A stretch of 64,000 bases of DNA from Ramazzottius varieornatus (taxonomy: Eukaryota; Animalia; Tardigrada): the NCBI GenBank assembly GCA_001949185.1, contig BDGG01000003.1, positions 4,250,174 through 4,314,173 of the forward strand, read 5' to 3'. The position numbers and the translations under genes were made by a program. The notes under the pieces were generated by a model, which was not told where the DNA came from, ran no database searches, and saw only the letters and a program-made list of their open reading frames with translations. Positions 1-12,006 of this stretch are shown here, piece by piece (position 1 is the stretch's first letter; each line of letters begins with the position of its first letter).

Positions 1-3000
1 GGACCTGAGAAAACAGCATTTTGAATCAGTGTAAATGTCCTACATCGCTATTGAGATGTATTTCGTGTACCTTGTTGTAGGCTTCCGGTTGGTCTTGTCC
101 TAGCTTCATGTTCCGTACCGGTGGATGAGGCTTGACCAAGTCAGTCCTATTGTTCGGATCATCCGGTCTTGCAGTAGGGGCACCAGCGTTAGGAGGTACG
201 TTGAAGTGAATCACCCGCTTGGCACACTCGATGAACTTGTCGGGATTACGAGCAGCTCCCGGCCAGGCCACTCTCATGACATAGTTGCCTTCCCGGGTGG
301 CATTCCCCACGTAACCGTTGGTGCCAGCGACAGTCGACACCACACCGTACGTCAGCCACGAGCAAAACTGAAAAGAGAACATGGGTAAAAAGAAGAGCGA
401 CACCGATTGGAGTTGAGTAGCGCACCGAACCAGCAATTGCGGCGCTCGTTGTGCGCCACTTGACCGGATACCATCGCTCCTTGTCAAGCGGCGCACTACA
501 GTTTAGATAGCATGAGCTAGTGCGTCACCTAATCATACAATGACCACCCAGATCAAAAGGCGCGCTTGTGCATTATTTCACCACAACCCAACACGCCACT
601 GGTTCGCAATTGGGCCAAATTACCTTCTCCATTGAGTACTGAAGAACGGCGGTGTTCTCAATCACATGCCGAACCAAATGCGTCAAGAAAGAGCTAAAAC
701 TGTCAAAGTAAGATCGGGCATCCAGCGCCATCAGGATCTGTGGTCCACTCAGGTCAGCAAAGTGCTTGGCCAGCTCGTAGTCCCGGGTGAAGCGGAGCAG
801 CAACCTCATAGCGGCATGAAGGGTATCCGGGTCCAGCTTTTGGTGAATGAGGCTCAGGGTGTCGTTAATGAGGGCTCGTCGCTGCTCCACCAGTAGGCCA
901 CCCAGCACCGGAGGTTCGTTGGAGGTTGTCTTGACCTCCACCTGGTCTTGGTCAGTCTGCATCGGGCTGTCTTCACTGCGACTTTTCGTGGCTTGGACCG
1001 TCTGTATCTCCGACGTCATACCCGATGTTTCGGTCGAAGACTTACCCGAGTCTTTTGACACATCTTCAGTCTTTGTATCGGTCTTCGTCTCGGTCTTTTC
1101 AGGTACGGGTTCTGTCTTCTTCAAGTCACGCATCACGGGCCGCTTACTTCCAGTACCTTCAGTTATCTGAACCTACACACGAAAAAGAACTTTATCAAAA
1201 CCACGAATCTATTCTGTAAGTGAGGCAACCTGAATTTTTTTGGGAACTAAAAATTGTCCAAAACAATTCTGCCGCCAATCACATGAAAGCAAAAGGCGGG
1301 AGACTGTTCCGTTCTAATTTTGCACTGGTTAAAGGTCTCGAACTGCGACACGTGGCAGTCCGAGGGACATACAGTGCCTGAAGTACTGCTATTCCTAGTC
1401 TAAGGCAAAGCTCATGTATTATTTGGCAGCGCGATAAATAAACCTGACCAGATAATTAATTTTTTCGCACGATTGCAGTCAGTATCACAGTAAACGTGCG
1501 AAGCTCTGGTCGAGTTTTTTGCCGAGCTCCTACTTCTACGTTCGAGAAGAAACCTACCATATCTTTGAAGCGGACGATTGATGTTCCCCCACGTTGTCCA
1601 GGCCCAGCCAACGGCGACGTCAGCTTGCAGGAAGACTTTCCCTTATCGTATGCTTCTGAGAGCTCTTTGCTCTGTGCTTCAGTGAAGGGGCTCCATCTTC
1701 CAGCTCGGTTGTCAAACATCTTCCATGTCAGAGCGAACTGTTCTTGGATGACCCTCTTGCGTTTGAACGCGGCGCACATCTTCTCGTACGAGTCGAGAAT
1801 CAGGTAGGCGAACGCTAGCCATTTCGGCACCAGCTCCGTTCCTCGAATGACCAAGCTGTGAATTCTGCGAGCAGCAGAAATCAAGTTGATCAGGAGCGGA
1901 ATCAAATTGTCATCCTCGAGGATTCTCCCGCACTCGTCCTGAAAAATATCGTGAAGTCATAAAGCCGTCGAAAAATATTCAATATCAAAATGATTTCTGA
2001 CTTTAAAAAAATGGAACTTATAATAACCCGATCAAGTCGCGAACTTACGCTTTATTGCCCACTGACAAAATGCGCCACCTTTTTTCTAATCTCTCATACC
2101 TGAGTTTCTTCGATGAGGATGCACAACAAGTGCAACCTGGCCGACAGCGTCAGCGAATCCGGCGCCGACCTCAGCACTTCAGCCGGTGGAGAGTCGGCTG
2201 GCGACTGTTCGGACCCGTTGTAGAACTTCTCGGCGCTCTGGATAACCACTGCGGCCGAGGCGATGGCATCACCAATCAGCGCCTTGATTCTCTTCAGCTT
2301 CCAGTCATTTCCATTCCGCTTCGAGATGACACTCATCAAGTCAGCCACCTTGAAGACGCATTCCGGTATGAAGTCGACCAGTTCGATGCAGAGAGGAAGC
2401 GCCTTGTCGATGAGCTGGTCGATCTGCTCGGTGGTAGGTGGCACCGCTGGAGTTGGTAGCTGTGGCGGCGCTGCTGGAGCGACGGTACCACCAATGGACA
2501 TTGCGATTGCCTGCATCAGCTCGTCCTGTTCTTCGCTGGCCTCTGGAGTCGGGCCTGTTGTTCCTCGAGGTCCACGACCACCTACAACTTCTAAATGTCA
2601 GAATGTTTCTGCCTTTCCGTCATTTTTGAACTTGTTGATTTTTTCTCAAAAGCCCAGTTTCACATTCTTCCTTCGCTATCGTTGAACGTTAGGCTTTACA
2701 AAACTTTCCCAACATCATCTGGAGAGTATCTTCGGTACCTTACCTGAGGCTAGAAGGTAGTCGGCGGCCTGTTCGACGTTGTTAGCGTGATAAATCAGCG
2801 CTTCCGCCGCGGCTTCCCGTGTGAAGCCCATGTCCAGTAGCGCTTGTAGGGCAATGGGTGGCGCGTCTACAGGTGCTACTGCAGCCGGTGCAGTACCAGC
2901 AGCAGGCGCCGAAACTCCAACTGCGGCGGCCGAAGCTGCAGCGGGCGACTTCTCTTTGATGATGGCTTCGATCTTCATAATGTGGCTCAGGATGGTCAGC

Positions 3001-6000
3001 AGCAGATCACCGGCGTTCTCTCCAAAGTTCTTCAGGGCTTGGACTGACAAGAACTTGTCGATGACCTGCATGGTGCTCTGCGAACCGCAGAAAATTCTCT
3101 GGTTAGTTATGTCTTTTTTCACATCCGGCAGACCGGGAAACAAACTTGACAAAATGGGTTCCCAAGTGGCGCACGCTTCAAGTGTTATCGGCTGGAAGTA
3201 TGCACCACTTGGAAGAAAGGCCTTCTCAAGTTTGTTTGTAGGTCCTCTCTGTTTAACAGCAATGTATAAACCTACGTTCAGCATTTCGACGTAGTAAGGT
3301 ACAGGGTCGAAAGGAGCGACATAGCCAGGGATGGCTATTCTGGAAGGCGGCAATGTGTTCTGCGACTCCACGATGTTCTTCGGGTTCAGAAGCTTCTCCA
3401 GCATGGATAGCCACGTTACGGCAAAGTCTACTGTGAACTGTCCGACTGGGGTTCTTTCAGTGGTCACCTTGTTCATGTCGAAATCCTGCAAAACCAAAAA
3501 TGTTGATTATAGACTCCCAGAAGCAGACCGTCATCCTGATTCGAAAGGTCGGCAAACACAACTCGCCAGGTCCTTTTTCAACTGGCGCACCCTTGTAGTA
3601 TTGCTGACTTACAACTTGCGCCACTTGAAAAAGAATTTGACGGTTAACTCTTACCTTCATGACGGTCCGGAATGCCCCAAAGAAAGCATCCGCCACACCG
3701 ACCGAAATAAACTTCTGCAACATGAAGTGGTACGCGTGTCTCTTTTCATCGAAGAGCAGCGGTTGGATGAAGCCCACCACGCAGATCAAATAATTGAGTT
3801 TGAATCTGGCCGGCACACTGACGAACGGTCCCTTCTGGTTGATCACTTTGGTCATGATTTTCGCCACAGTCTCGGCGATCTTTCTGGCGTTCTCACTGGG
3901 AATCTCTCCGCGGTTCACCACCGCGCCATGCCTTCTCTGCGCCTTCACATTGACAAACTTGACCATCAGACTGAATAGTTCACCGGTCGTACGACAGAGT
4001 TTAGTGGCGATCGTGATCAACGGTTTCAGAAGCTTGACTATGTTAATCTGTGCTCTGATTTGCGAAGAGGACTTCTTTGCGGACACAGTAGTCGAAGTAG
4101 AAGGCTGCGAGGACTCGTTGTCGACATCCATGGGGATGACTATCCTACTCTCTGAGCTGGAAGCCGAAAGAGTTCGTGTCTCGCTCTCGGTGGAAGAAGA
4201 AGACGACTTGTCGTCCTCACTGAAGAGCTTTCGACTGGCCAGTAAAGCTTTCAGGTCGGACTTACTCATGTCTCCTTCTTGTGTTACAACATTCTCTTCG
4301 CTACACAATGCTATCAGGATCGTGTTTTCCCAGATGAGGAAACTGTACAAGTCCGCGATCTTCTCCAAGATGTCGATACCCGAGGTCTGCGCCCAGGTAT
4401 TCGTACAAACCGACCTCAGTTCCACCTACAAAGAGATCCAGTCTGGTTTTCTTAACTATATACTACCCATTCGTTTCATTTCATCTTTCTCAAGAGCTGC
4501 TACCGTTACTTTCGTTCTGCATTCTATTCTTCATGCGAAAGCTCGGTAAATAAACTCCAGAGGGTCCTTTATCAAAGTGGTGCAGCCATGCAATATTATT
4601 GGCTGGAAGCGTGCGCCATTTGGAAAAACAACCGAACTGGACGAGATCGTTCTTCCAGGCGACGCACCCTTCCAGCAAACACGACTGAAAGCGTGCGTCA
4701 CTTGGATAAACGTTCTGGTCGAGTTTGTATCCCATTTTTAAACCGATTTTATTTCTTCCTAGTTTTCTTACTTGACTGAGTTTGCAGATGGCGTTCATCA
4801 TGCTAACATAGCTGTGCATGTAGCAGAGTCGATGTAGCAACGGCGTATTCTGCGCGTCCCTCAGCGCCTCTTCGTTGTTTGGTGTGCTCTTGGACCATTC
4901 ACTCAGCATGGACGATCCCCCAGCTTCCACTTCCCGGCCTCTCAGATCGCTGATTTCCCTCAAAACCACGTCCATATGCGAGAAGGCTTCCGTCAAGACT
5001 GTCTCGTTCCTGCAGTACGCCATCACGTTCTTGACCAGGCCATTCGCAGCTTGACACGCATGCGAATACGGAAACTCAAGCGGAAGGTTGGGTAGGCGGA
5101 AGATTTCCATCAGCGGCTTCAGACCACCTTGTCGAACAAACTCCTGACAGTGATCCTCGGTAGAGTTACTGATCAGTACAGCCTCCACAAACTTGCACTA
5201 AAAAGCCATATTTCTTTACACCAATAATATTACAGTATAACGTGTGAGGCCAAAGCGAAAAACATTGGCAGGAACGATTTTCCAAGTGGCGCACGCCTTC
5301 AGCCGATACTACTGGAAACATGCGCCACTTAGGAAAAACATACATGCGAAGTCCGCTGTTGCGTTCCCAATTATGCGCTTTTCGAAAACAGGGGTGGCTG
5401 TACTTACGGCGTTGATGATGTAGTCCATGAGTGGAATGACAGTCTTCTCTTTCGTATCGGTGCTGTTCGAATTCTGCGTATCCAGCCGGAGGCCAGACGG
5501 GACCGTGTGAAAGGAAGCCGTTCCACCTTGCTGGAAATCTTCATACTCATCGTCGTCGTCCGACGAGTCGCCAGGTATACTATGGTCGGAATTTCGAGCC
5601 GGTCTCTGGGCAGTCTGCTGGCTGGACCCGCTGACTTGGCAAACGTACCTCGAGTCACGCCCAATGGAGCAAAGTTCTTGCAATAGCTAAGAAACAAAGA
5701 CACAAATTCAGTGACTGGATACAGCATCGTTGGTAGTGGAGTGGCTTACCTTGACGACATCTTGCATGGCTTGAGTGCGAAGTGTGGGCTGATGTCGCAT
5801 CAGCTCGTCTACAGCGCCACCAAGACTAGCCGCAGTGTCACCATAGCCTTCGTTAGTACGACGTCGGCGCATGGCCGGAAGGTAGTCAGGAGACAGCAGG
5901 ACTTTGAAGAGCTTCTCGAAGGGCTTGCAAGCCACGAAAGCCTGTAGACCACGCGTGTTCAGACACAAAGCGCTGCAGATGTTCGGAATGGCCGACAGCA

Positions 6001-9000
6001 CCTCCCGAGTCGGTGGAAGCTGCAACGAAAAGTCATGCCATGCATGATGTAATGACGCAGTTCAGTTCAACGGGAAACAGATTTATCATAAATCGGGCGT
6101 AGCAGACCATCTGAACCAGATAGCTTTCCTAAGTGGCGTATACTGTCAGCTCTCAACAATGAAAACGTGCGCCACTTGAAGTAACGATCCAGTTCCACTC
6201 ATCTGCCCACGTCCCATTTAAACATTTCGAACCTACGAAGGCAACTTACATCTTTGACCAGGACAGCTTGCAGGATGACATCCGTCAAGCCGTGATCTTG
6301 TAAGGCCGAAAGCATGCCCGGTTCTTGGAAGACGTAGACGGTGACGATGTCGGTCGCCAGGAGGAACAGTGAGGAACCGTAGTACTCTGCATTGCTAATA
6401 ATGTGCTTCAGCGAACTCGGCAGACTTCCATCCATCACTAGAAAACAAAATCCAGAAAAATCAGCAATAGTTGAATACTCACATTCCGAATTCTTGCAGC
6501 CGGAAGTTTACAAATTTTAGAAGTCTAAGAGATGTCTTCATTAATACCAAAGGAGGCGCAGTGAAGTTGCGCACCCTTAACGATGATTTGAAGTTTAGTC
6601 TCGCACCGAATTCGAGCGACAAGAGCGCGAAGCTCAAACCGCAGATACCGCGGTGCGTGAGTTCTAAAACAGACAAAGTTGAACGGAGAACTTACGGTGG
6701 CGGATGGAATCAGTGAAGGTCACATCTGGGATGATCTTTTTGAAGAAGTTCAAGATGGACTTAAGAAGCGCTGCGCGTTGGGGGAAGCACTGCACTTCAG
6801 TGTTGGTATTCTTCGGCGTCGTCTCCATCGTAATCGTTTCCTGGTTCGAATTCCCCGGTTCGACGTCCATGCTGGTCGTGTTGTGGGAACCGGAAGTGCT
6901 TTCCTCACCTTCGGTGGAAGACTTGTCTTCGTGGAGGACATTTGGTTGTTCTTTGCGACAAATGTCCACTTCATGCTGAAACAAGAGCAAAGGTGAATTT
7001 CACACAAACTTCTGTTGAGTTATGAATTACCTGTATCCATTAATACCAAAGGAGACGCAGCGAAATTACGAAACCTTAACGATGATTTGGAAAGATACTC
7101 TAGCACCGATTTCGAGCGACAAAAGCATGATCCCCAGCCGCAGATACCACGATGCATAATATTTGGGAGCTGGGCAAGCAAACTAATAATATCGTTTCCT
7201 CAAGTGGCACACGTTTTCTGTGCTCTAGTCTGAAAGCATGCGCCACTTGGAGAAACAAACTCATTTAGCTCGTTTGCCTAGATCACAGTTGTCATCCCCT
7301 CAACCTAACACAACTTTCACCGACTTACCTCCAAGCGTTTCGTGAAGACCGAAAGGCCGTTTTGGTTCTGGAAGGAAGCCATGTCCATGTTGGTGATGAG
7401 ATCGATCACCCGGACAGCCCGTGTCACAAACTATAAACGACGAAGTATGTGCAGCAACCGGAAATGAGGTTGAGTTATGAGCGAAATGAGCCCTACTTAC
7501 TGTGATGTTTTCTTCGGTCGTGTCATACCAATTGACCACCTTCAACATCGATTCCATCATGCCACAGGAGACGAGTGCCTCTCCGCCCGACTCGTAACTA
7601 GCCATGTGGTACAGAAATGAGAAGATGGCAGTCGCGTACTGCGCCGGAAAGTTCTCCCGTCGGTTCTCAGTCAGAGCTTGAATGCAAGTTCTGACCAGAA
7701 CCGGAAGAAAGCCGTGGTAAGATGACGAGCTGGTGGCGTCAATGATGTCCATACAACGGGAACCGCGATCGTGATGGACGACTGCCGTCAGCGTTCGCAT
7801 GACAGTCGACTTCAAATCCTACAATCGCAACACATAATTGTAAGTGAGAGCTCGGCGAATAAGCTCGACAAGATCGTAGTCTCAGGTGGCGCAGCCTTCA
7901 GCCATTAACACTAGCAACATGCGCCACTTGAAAAACTCGACCAGACTGTTTCCCCAAGTGACGCATATTTTCAATGCTACTGGCTGAGAGCGTGCGCCAC
8001 CTGGAAAACGATCTGTTCGAGGTTCCACGTAGTATCCTACCAAAACACGTCGGAGAAAGTCCTCTTCTGAACAGAAAAAAACTAACTTACCAGAAGAGAG
8101 TTGGACTTCAGCTGCAAGACGTCGACGAGCTCCTCCACGAGCCCACTGTAGATGTAGGAAGTGACGTTATCGGGAACATGGCTCGTGTAAGCAAGAATGG
8201 CCAGTGCCAGAAGACGGGAATGAACACTTGAAAGCCTTTCTTTGTAGTCAGCGAACGAGTAGGCCAGTCGAAGATGGAAGTACAGAGGAATCTAAAGCAA
8301 AACCTCAGTAAACACACCATCGAAAGAAACTGGGGTATTCACAAAGATTCTACCTGTTTGCTTTCCGGTACGTTGTATTCCCGAACAAGGTCTCGCATGA
8401 TTTCTGGGACCGTTTTGAACTTCAACTTTTCGACATTTTCAAGATGGATGACATTGGTGACGGATCGTTTGGCACCGTTCTCATCTTCAATTTCTTGTTC
8501 GGAGAAGAATTCGAAGTGAACCGTGGTAGCGGTGGCAGGGAACGCGTCCAAGGGGACATCTTCACAGCACTTGGCCAAGCCAAATCCGTTCACTTTGCCT
8601 CCCCAAGTCTAAAATTACAATCAATAAAATCCTCTAGGCTATTATGAGATGCAACCGGAAATAATAACACGATGAATAAACAGCAATGGTAATGACCTCA
8701 GCTAGGAGTTGTAGACGCAAAAACAGCCCCTTGATGTTATCCTCTTTCAAACGTGTCAGGAAGCTCGACCGCTTACTGAAAGTAGACAAGAGTATGATGT
8801 AAACAGGATGGGAAACAAGTCGGAAGTGTCGACACCAATAAACTTCAAGTAAATTTCAAGTGCACTATGGGAAGTACTGTATTCGCAGTGGCTTCTTACC
8901 TAAATGTGTACAGCAGAGAGAGGACACTCTGGACAATGTTCATATATCGCGAGCTCAGGAGGGCTATGAGGCGATCCATCGAGTTGTACAGATGTCGGGA

Positions 9001-9655
9001 GAAGCTGTGTTCGACAAGCAGGGAAGTGAAGCGTAGGATCTCTCGGGTGAGCTGCCGCTTCTGCAAGAACCGTGATGACATCACAGAACCGAAATCATAA
9101 AGATGTGAGTCAATACAGCACCGCGCACGAATGTCGAAGAAGAAGCATGTTAGATGGTACGGCGCAAGAGAGTAATGCTGTGAACTAACCGTAGCGGCAT
9201 CTTGGGAGTTGGGGACATCGCAAGCGAGCATCCATTCGGTCGATTCCGTCGCTGACGCAAGGATTTCGTCAAACCTGTTCAATACTTCCGTCCAATGGAA
9301 GAGCTCACACTGCATAAAATAAAAATTTTGATCTTCATAGACTAGAAGGCAATGAAACCAGCAAGGACAGTATTATTAGGAAACTCACCTTGCTGGCATT
9401 CCAAGATCTGAATTCCTGAAGTGTACCAAGAAGCGTCTTCTCTTCTGAAGAGGCTGCCAGAATCGTAAGTATCAGATTCTTAGTGTCCTGTGGCTGCAGG
9501 GACAACCATTTTAGATTCAACACTGTGTCGGAAACTTGTGTTTTGACTTCGGTTGTCGAATCATCTTTATGATATCAAGACTGAGAATCAATCGTCTGGC
9601 ATCAACGTACCGGATCAGCTGGGACTTTCTTGACTTTCCCTCGATCAATCTTCAT
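1..9655 (-). CDS. HUWE1: E3 ubiquitin ligase HUWE1, N-terminal part (~21 introns; continues off the left edge)
   Basis: ATG at 9655 gives [23 protein letters not shown]...[17 protein letters not shown] (human MKVDRTKLKKTP...CELYHWVDLLDRFD). Also [45 protein letters not shown], a UBA domain ([16 protein letters not shown]...VEQAADYLL, ~2750-2850) and a WWE domain ([14 protein letters not shown], ~1600-1730). GT-AG introns with consistent phases. Confidence 0.97.
413..531. repeat. GTGGCGCAC-N25 palindrome family, dimer (HUWE1 intron)
   Basis: GAGTAGCGCAC-N25-GTGCGCCACTTG and CAAGCGGCGCAC-N23-GTGCGTCAC. Confidence 0.8.
1252..1378 (-). ncRNA. candidate intronic H/ACA snoRNA (target unassigned)
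   Basis: Minus strand: hairpin GCACTG..CTCGGACTGC/GCAGTTCGAG..CAGTGC, H box AAATTA (plus 1315-1320), second hairpin CCGCC/GGCGG, ACA+3 nt (plus tgt 1255-1257). 127 nt, ~80 nt upstream of a HUWE1 acceptor. Confidence 0.6.
1445..1513. repeat. palindrome family, degenerate copy (HUWE1 intron)
   Basis: GACCAGA..CGCACG..CGTGCG..TCTGGTC. Confidence 0.55.
2033..2081. repeat. palindrome family, degenerate copy (HUWE1 intron)
   Basis: CAAGTCGCGAAC...ATGCGCCACCT. Confidence 0.5.
3131..3244. repeat. palindrome family (HUWE1 intron)
   Basis: ACAAACTTGA..CCAAGTGGCGCAC-N25-ATGCACCACTTGG..TCAAGTTTGT. Confidence 0.9.
3549..3645. repeat. palindrome family (HUWE1 intron)
   Basis: CAACTGGCGCAC-N25-TTGCGCCACTTG. 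Confidence 0.85.
4540..4734. repeat. palindrome family, dimer (HUWE1 intron)
   Basis: Two cores; second is GACGCAC..GTGCGTC. Confidence 0.85.
5265..5340. repeat. palindrome family (HUWE1 intron)
   Basis: CAAGTGGCGCAC-N25-ATGCGCCACTT. Confidence 0.9.
6111..6195. repeat. palindrome family (HUWE1 intron)
   Basis: AAGTGGCGTAT...GTGCGCCACTTG. Confidence 0.85.
6530..6659 (-). ncRNA. SNORA8: H/ACA snoRNA, SNORA8/ACA8-like (18S pseudouridine guide), copy 1
   Basis: Hairpin CGCACCG/CGGTGCG, H box AGACTA, hairpin CTTCA/TGAAG, then ACATCT. Pockets CGGTATCT+TCGC pair with 18S GCGA-U-C-AGAUACCG; CATCGTT+TGGT pair with 18S ACCA-U-A-AACGAUG. These Us are 25 nt apart, matching human 18S U1056/U1081. Confidence 0.85.
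7029..7157 (-). ncRNA. SNORA8: H/ACA snoRNA, SNORA8/ACA8-like, copy 2
   Basis: Paralog of 6530-6659 in the neighbouring HUWE1 intron. H box AGAGTA, ACAGGT end; guide pockets conserved while stems diverge. Confidence 0.85.
7161..7284. repeat. palindrome family (HUWE1 intron, abutting snoRNA 5' end)
   Basis: ATTTGGGAGCTGGGCAAG..CAAGTGGCACAC..ATGCGCCACTTG..GTTTGCCTAG. Confidence 0.9.
7848..8026. repeat. palindrome family, dimer (HUWE1 intron)
   Basis: Two cores with opposite spacer orientation. Confidence 0.9.
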
Positions 9656-10654
9656 CGTGGATGACTAGAGCACAAACCCACATTAGACACAAAAGTGGCA
9701 GAAGTTCAGGAGCAGTATTCTCACCCGACAAGTTTAGATTTCAGAAAGACCTGTTGTCTCCAGAGCACTGGATCGACTTCTTCAATGGGATAAGTTGTTC
9801 ATTCCACCTGCAAGGATACGTTTATGCATCCATACCGAATCGACGGACTTTCACTGATCGAGGAAACGGTATAGCTTGGTGCCAGGTCAAAAAAGAGAAG
9901 TCTGGCTATGATGTGAAGATACGGCATACCTTTGCTTCACGGCAGACTGATCTCCGCCAGTCTGTCTCCACTCACCCAGCTGTATCCGGGTCAACCTTGA
10001 CTTCTTGATCGGCAGAGCTTTGTACCACCCACCCTTACAGTATCCCAGCCTTCCGGTTGGAGTTCAGAGAGCTGGTCAGGGAACGAAGTAACCTGACAAA
10101 GGTAGATAATCGGCAAATCGGAAATAAGTTTTCGACGGAAATGAATTTTAGTCATCAAGATCTTCGGAGTCCAGAACAGGCAGAACAATCAGAGAGACCC
10201 CTCTAGTCTGTCTGGAACAGTAATGCCCTGTCATGAGACTACTACCGTTCGACCTTCGTGCGCTGGGTCCAAGCTGAGATTCCACTGTATGCCCGGGGTT
10301 TTACGGTAAGACTGTGGGACGCCTGAGGGCTGTCAGGGGTTCCTCTTGAATTCCTTACATCCTTTTTGAAAATCTTGGACAGTCCAGACTCCAGAGGGCC
10401 AGTCTACACTCTCCAGAACCTCGCGGTGCTCTTCCGGATCTTACAAATGTGATTGTGTGAACTATTGAAAGGTTCTTCTTTCCTATATCAGATGCTTCCC
10501 ACATTTCTCCATCGTACAAGTACCGCCACGGACGGTAGTTGCTGACAGAAATGAGAAATCTGCCGTTGTCAGAGTCAGCTCGGATGCTCCTGTAGGACGA
10601 ACGCCCCACTCTACGTTCAGCTCGGTGTTTTTCTGGAATCTTCCAGTCCAGCTG

Positions 10655-11140
10655 ATGCCTCAACGGAGCAAACTTCTTTCTAGGATCCTGGATGCTTATC
10701 CTGGGAAACGGTACTTTGGGATATATCGTCTCCTCCCGATATTCTTTGTTTTCGGGGGGCTGATTGAGGTAACGACAAAGACTCCTTCACTCTGGTCCCG
10801 TAATTACGTTGAAGGACATGGACGTGTTTCGTCACAGTACATTCTGACGAGATTATCTTTTGCAGTTTGCTATGATACACCTGAACGTTGGAGACATCAA
10901 TTTTTGTAAGCACCTGCTCCATGAAGATGGACTGGCAGTGGACTCGTGATGAAACAGTTGAAAATGTCGTTGTGTTTCGCCTCTTCAGATGATGTCTACA
11001 TGATGAAGCACCCAGAAGTCGTGGAGCGGATGAATAAGTCCTCCCACTCTGGAACGGTCGAAAAACTACCTCTCAAAGAAAACTCTTTTCTATCCGAATA
11101 CGAGAAATATCTGCAGTCGAAGACCCAAACAAGTTCCTGA
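10655..11140 (+). CDS. SMIM4: SMIM4/UQCC5 (sloth1) complex III assembly microprotein; exons 10655-10768, 10866-10905, 10989-11140
   Basis: Spliced MPQRSKLLSRILDAYPGKRYFGIYRLLPIFFVFGGLIE-FAMIHLNVGDINF-YDVY matches human RRILQRVPGKQRFGIYRFLPFFFVLGGTMEWIMIKVRVGQETFYDVY. Head-to-head with HUWE1. Confidence 0.93.
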
Positions 11141-11230
11141 ATTGTCCTCCAGATTAACAGTTTTGTAGGGCTTAGGAGTGGCTATTGATCATTGCTTCCG
11201 GTTGTGCAGCTAAGGTGTTTATGATTCTTC

Positions 11231-11507
11231 ATGATGGCGCTTTCCCCGTTCTACCTGACTTACGCGAAGTTCGCTCTTGCTGCTTGTCTGTCCGCTGTAG
11301 CCGGTGCCCAGTGTGTTCACATGTTCTATCAGCCTTTGAAGCGAGCACCGAAGGAACTGAAAAAGGCAAGTCTACATGGTTACGTCTGTCTCTGATTGCA
11401 ACCAGATAGTTCCTGGTGACTACTGACTGCCGATGAGCTCGCTTGTAATGATGTTTATTTCCTTGCAGTTTCCAGCACCGAGCTCGCCACCCGAACCATC
11501 CACATAG
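11231..11507 (+). CDS. UQCC6: BRAWNIN/C12orf73/UQCC6 (sloth2) microprotein; exons 11231-11365 and 11469-11507 (probable GC-AG intron)
   Basis: MMALSPFYLTYAKFALAACLSAVAGAQCVHMFYQPLKRAPKELKK resembles human STYLKMFAASLLAMCAGAEVVHRYYRP. AG|GCAAGT donor at 11366 and TTGCAG acceptor at 11468 are in phase 0; the unspliced form stops at 11395. Below the ORF-track size cut-off. Confidence 0.85.
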
Positions 11508-11730
11508 TTTCTTTGTCCACTGTGTTTACGGAGATGCGGCGAAAGTACTATATCAGACAGAAGTTATGTGTCCTTTCCTGTCCGCTGATCGCCAGTTTTA
11601 AATTTTAGCGAAGCGCCTTGGGTAGATGCTGTAAAGAACCTACGTATAGTGTCTCGTGTTCTTGTCTGAAAAAACTACTTTCGTACGGACTTTGAGTTGA
11701 CTGGAGAATTAACGTGAAAGGACAAGTCTA

Positions 11731-11933
11731 CAGTGTAGGCAAATAAGGTACTCTAAGAGGGGGCAAGGCCAAAATCAACGTGACGCAGAAAGCAAACAGC
11801 TGATCAAGCTGCAATCCAGAGACGTGAACTGCCGCTTGATCCGCTGATTACTTCGAGCCGGAGTTTCTACGTCACTTGTCGAAAACTCGATTTTGGCCCT
11901 CCCTCTTTTAGAGTAACTTAATTGCCCACACTG
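11731..11933. mobile_element. Tc1/mariner-type MITE (203 bp)
   Basis: TA|CAGTGTAGGCAAATAAGGTACTCTAAGAGGGGGCAAGGCCAAAATC ... GATTTTGGCCCTCCCTCTTTTAGAGTAACTTAATTGCCCACACTG|TA: ~45 bp imperfect TIRs, CAGTG termini, TA duplication, internally palindromic. Confidence 0.85.
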
Positions 11934-12006
11934 TAACATATTTTAGTACGAGTACCTGAAATCTTGAAAAACAACCTTGCGTTTGTGGTCGATGCGCCGA
12001 AAAAGT

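Noticed and set aside
2598-2720. Possible C/D snoRNA in a HUWE1 intron (ATGATGT...CTGA on minus)
   Set aside because: Imperfect C box, no terminal stem, and the CTGA coincides with the likely branch point.
3163-3175. GTGGCGCA as a tRNA A-box, making the family a SINE
   Set aside because: No B-box and no A-rich tail; the symmetry is palindromic.
3331-4549. Long plus-strand ORFs (also 20580-21323, 54634-55365)
   Set aside because: Antisense shadows of real minus-strand exons.
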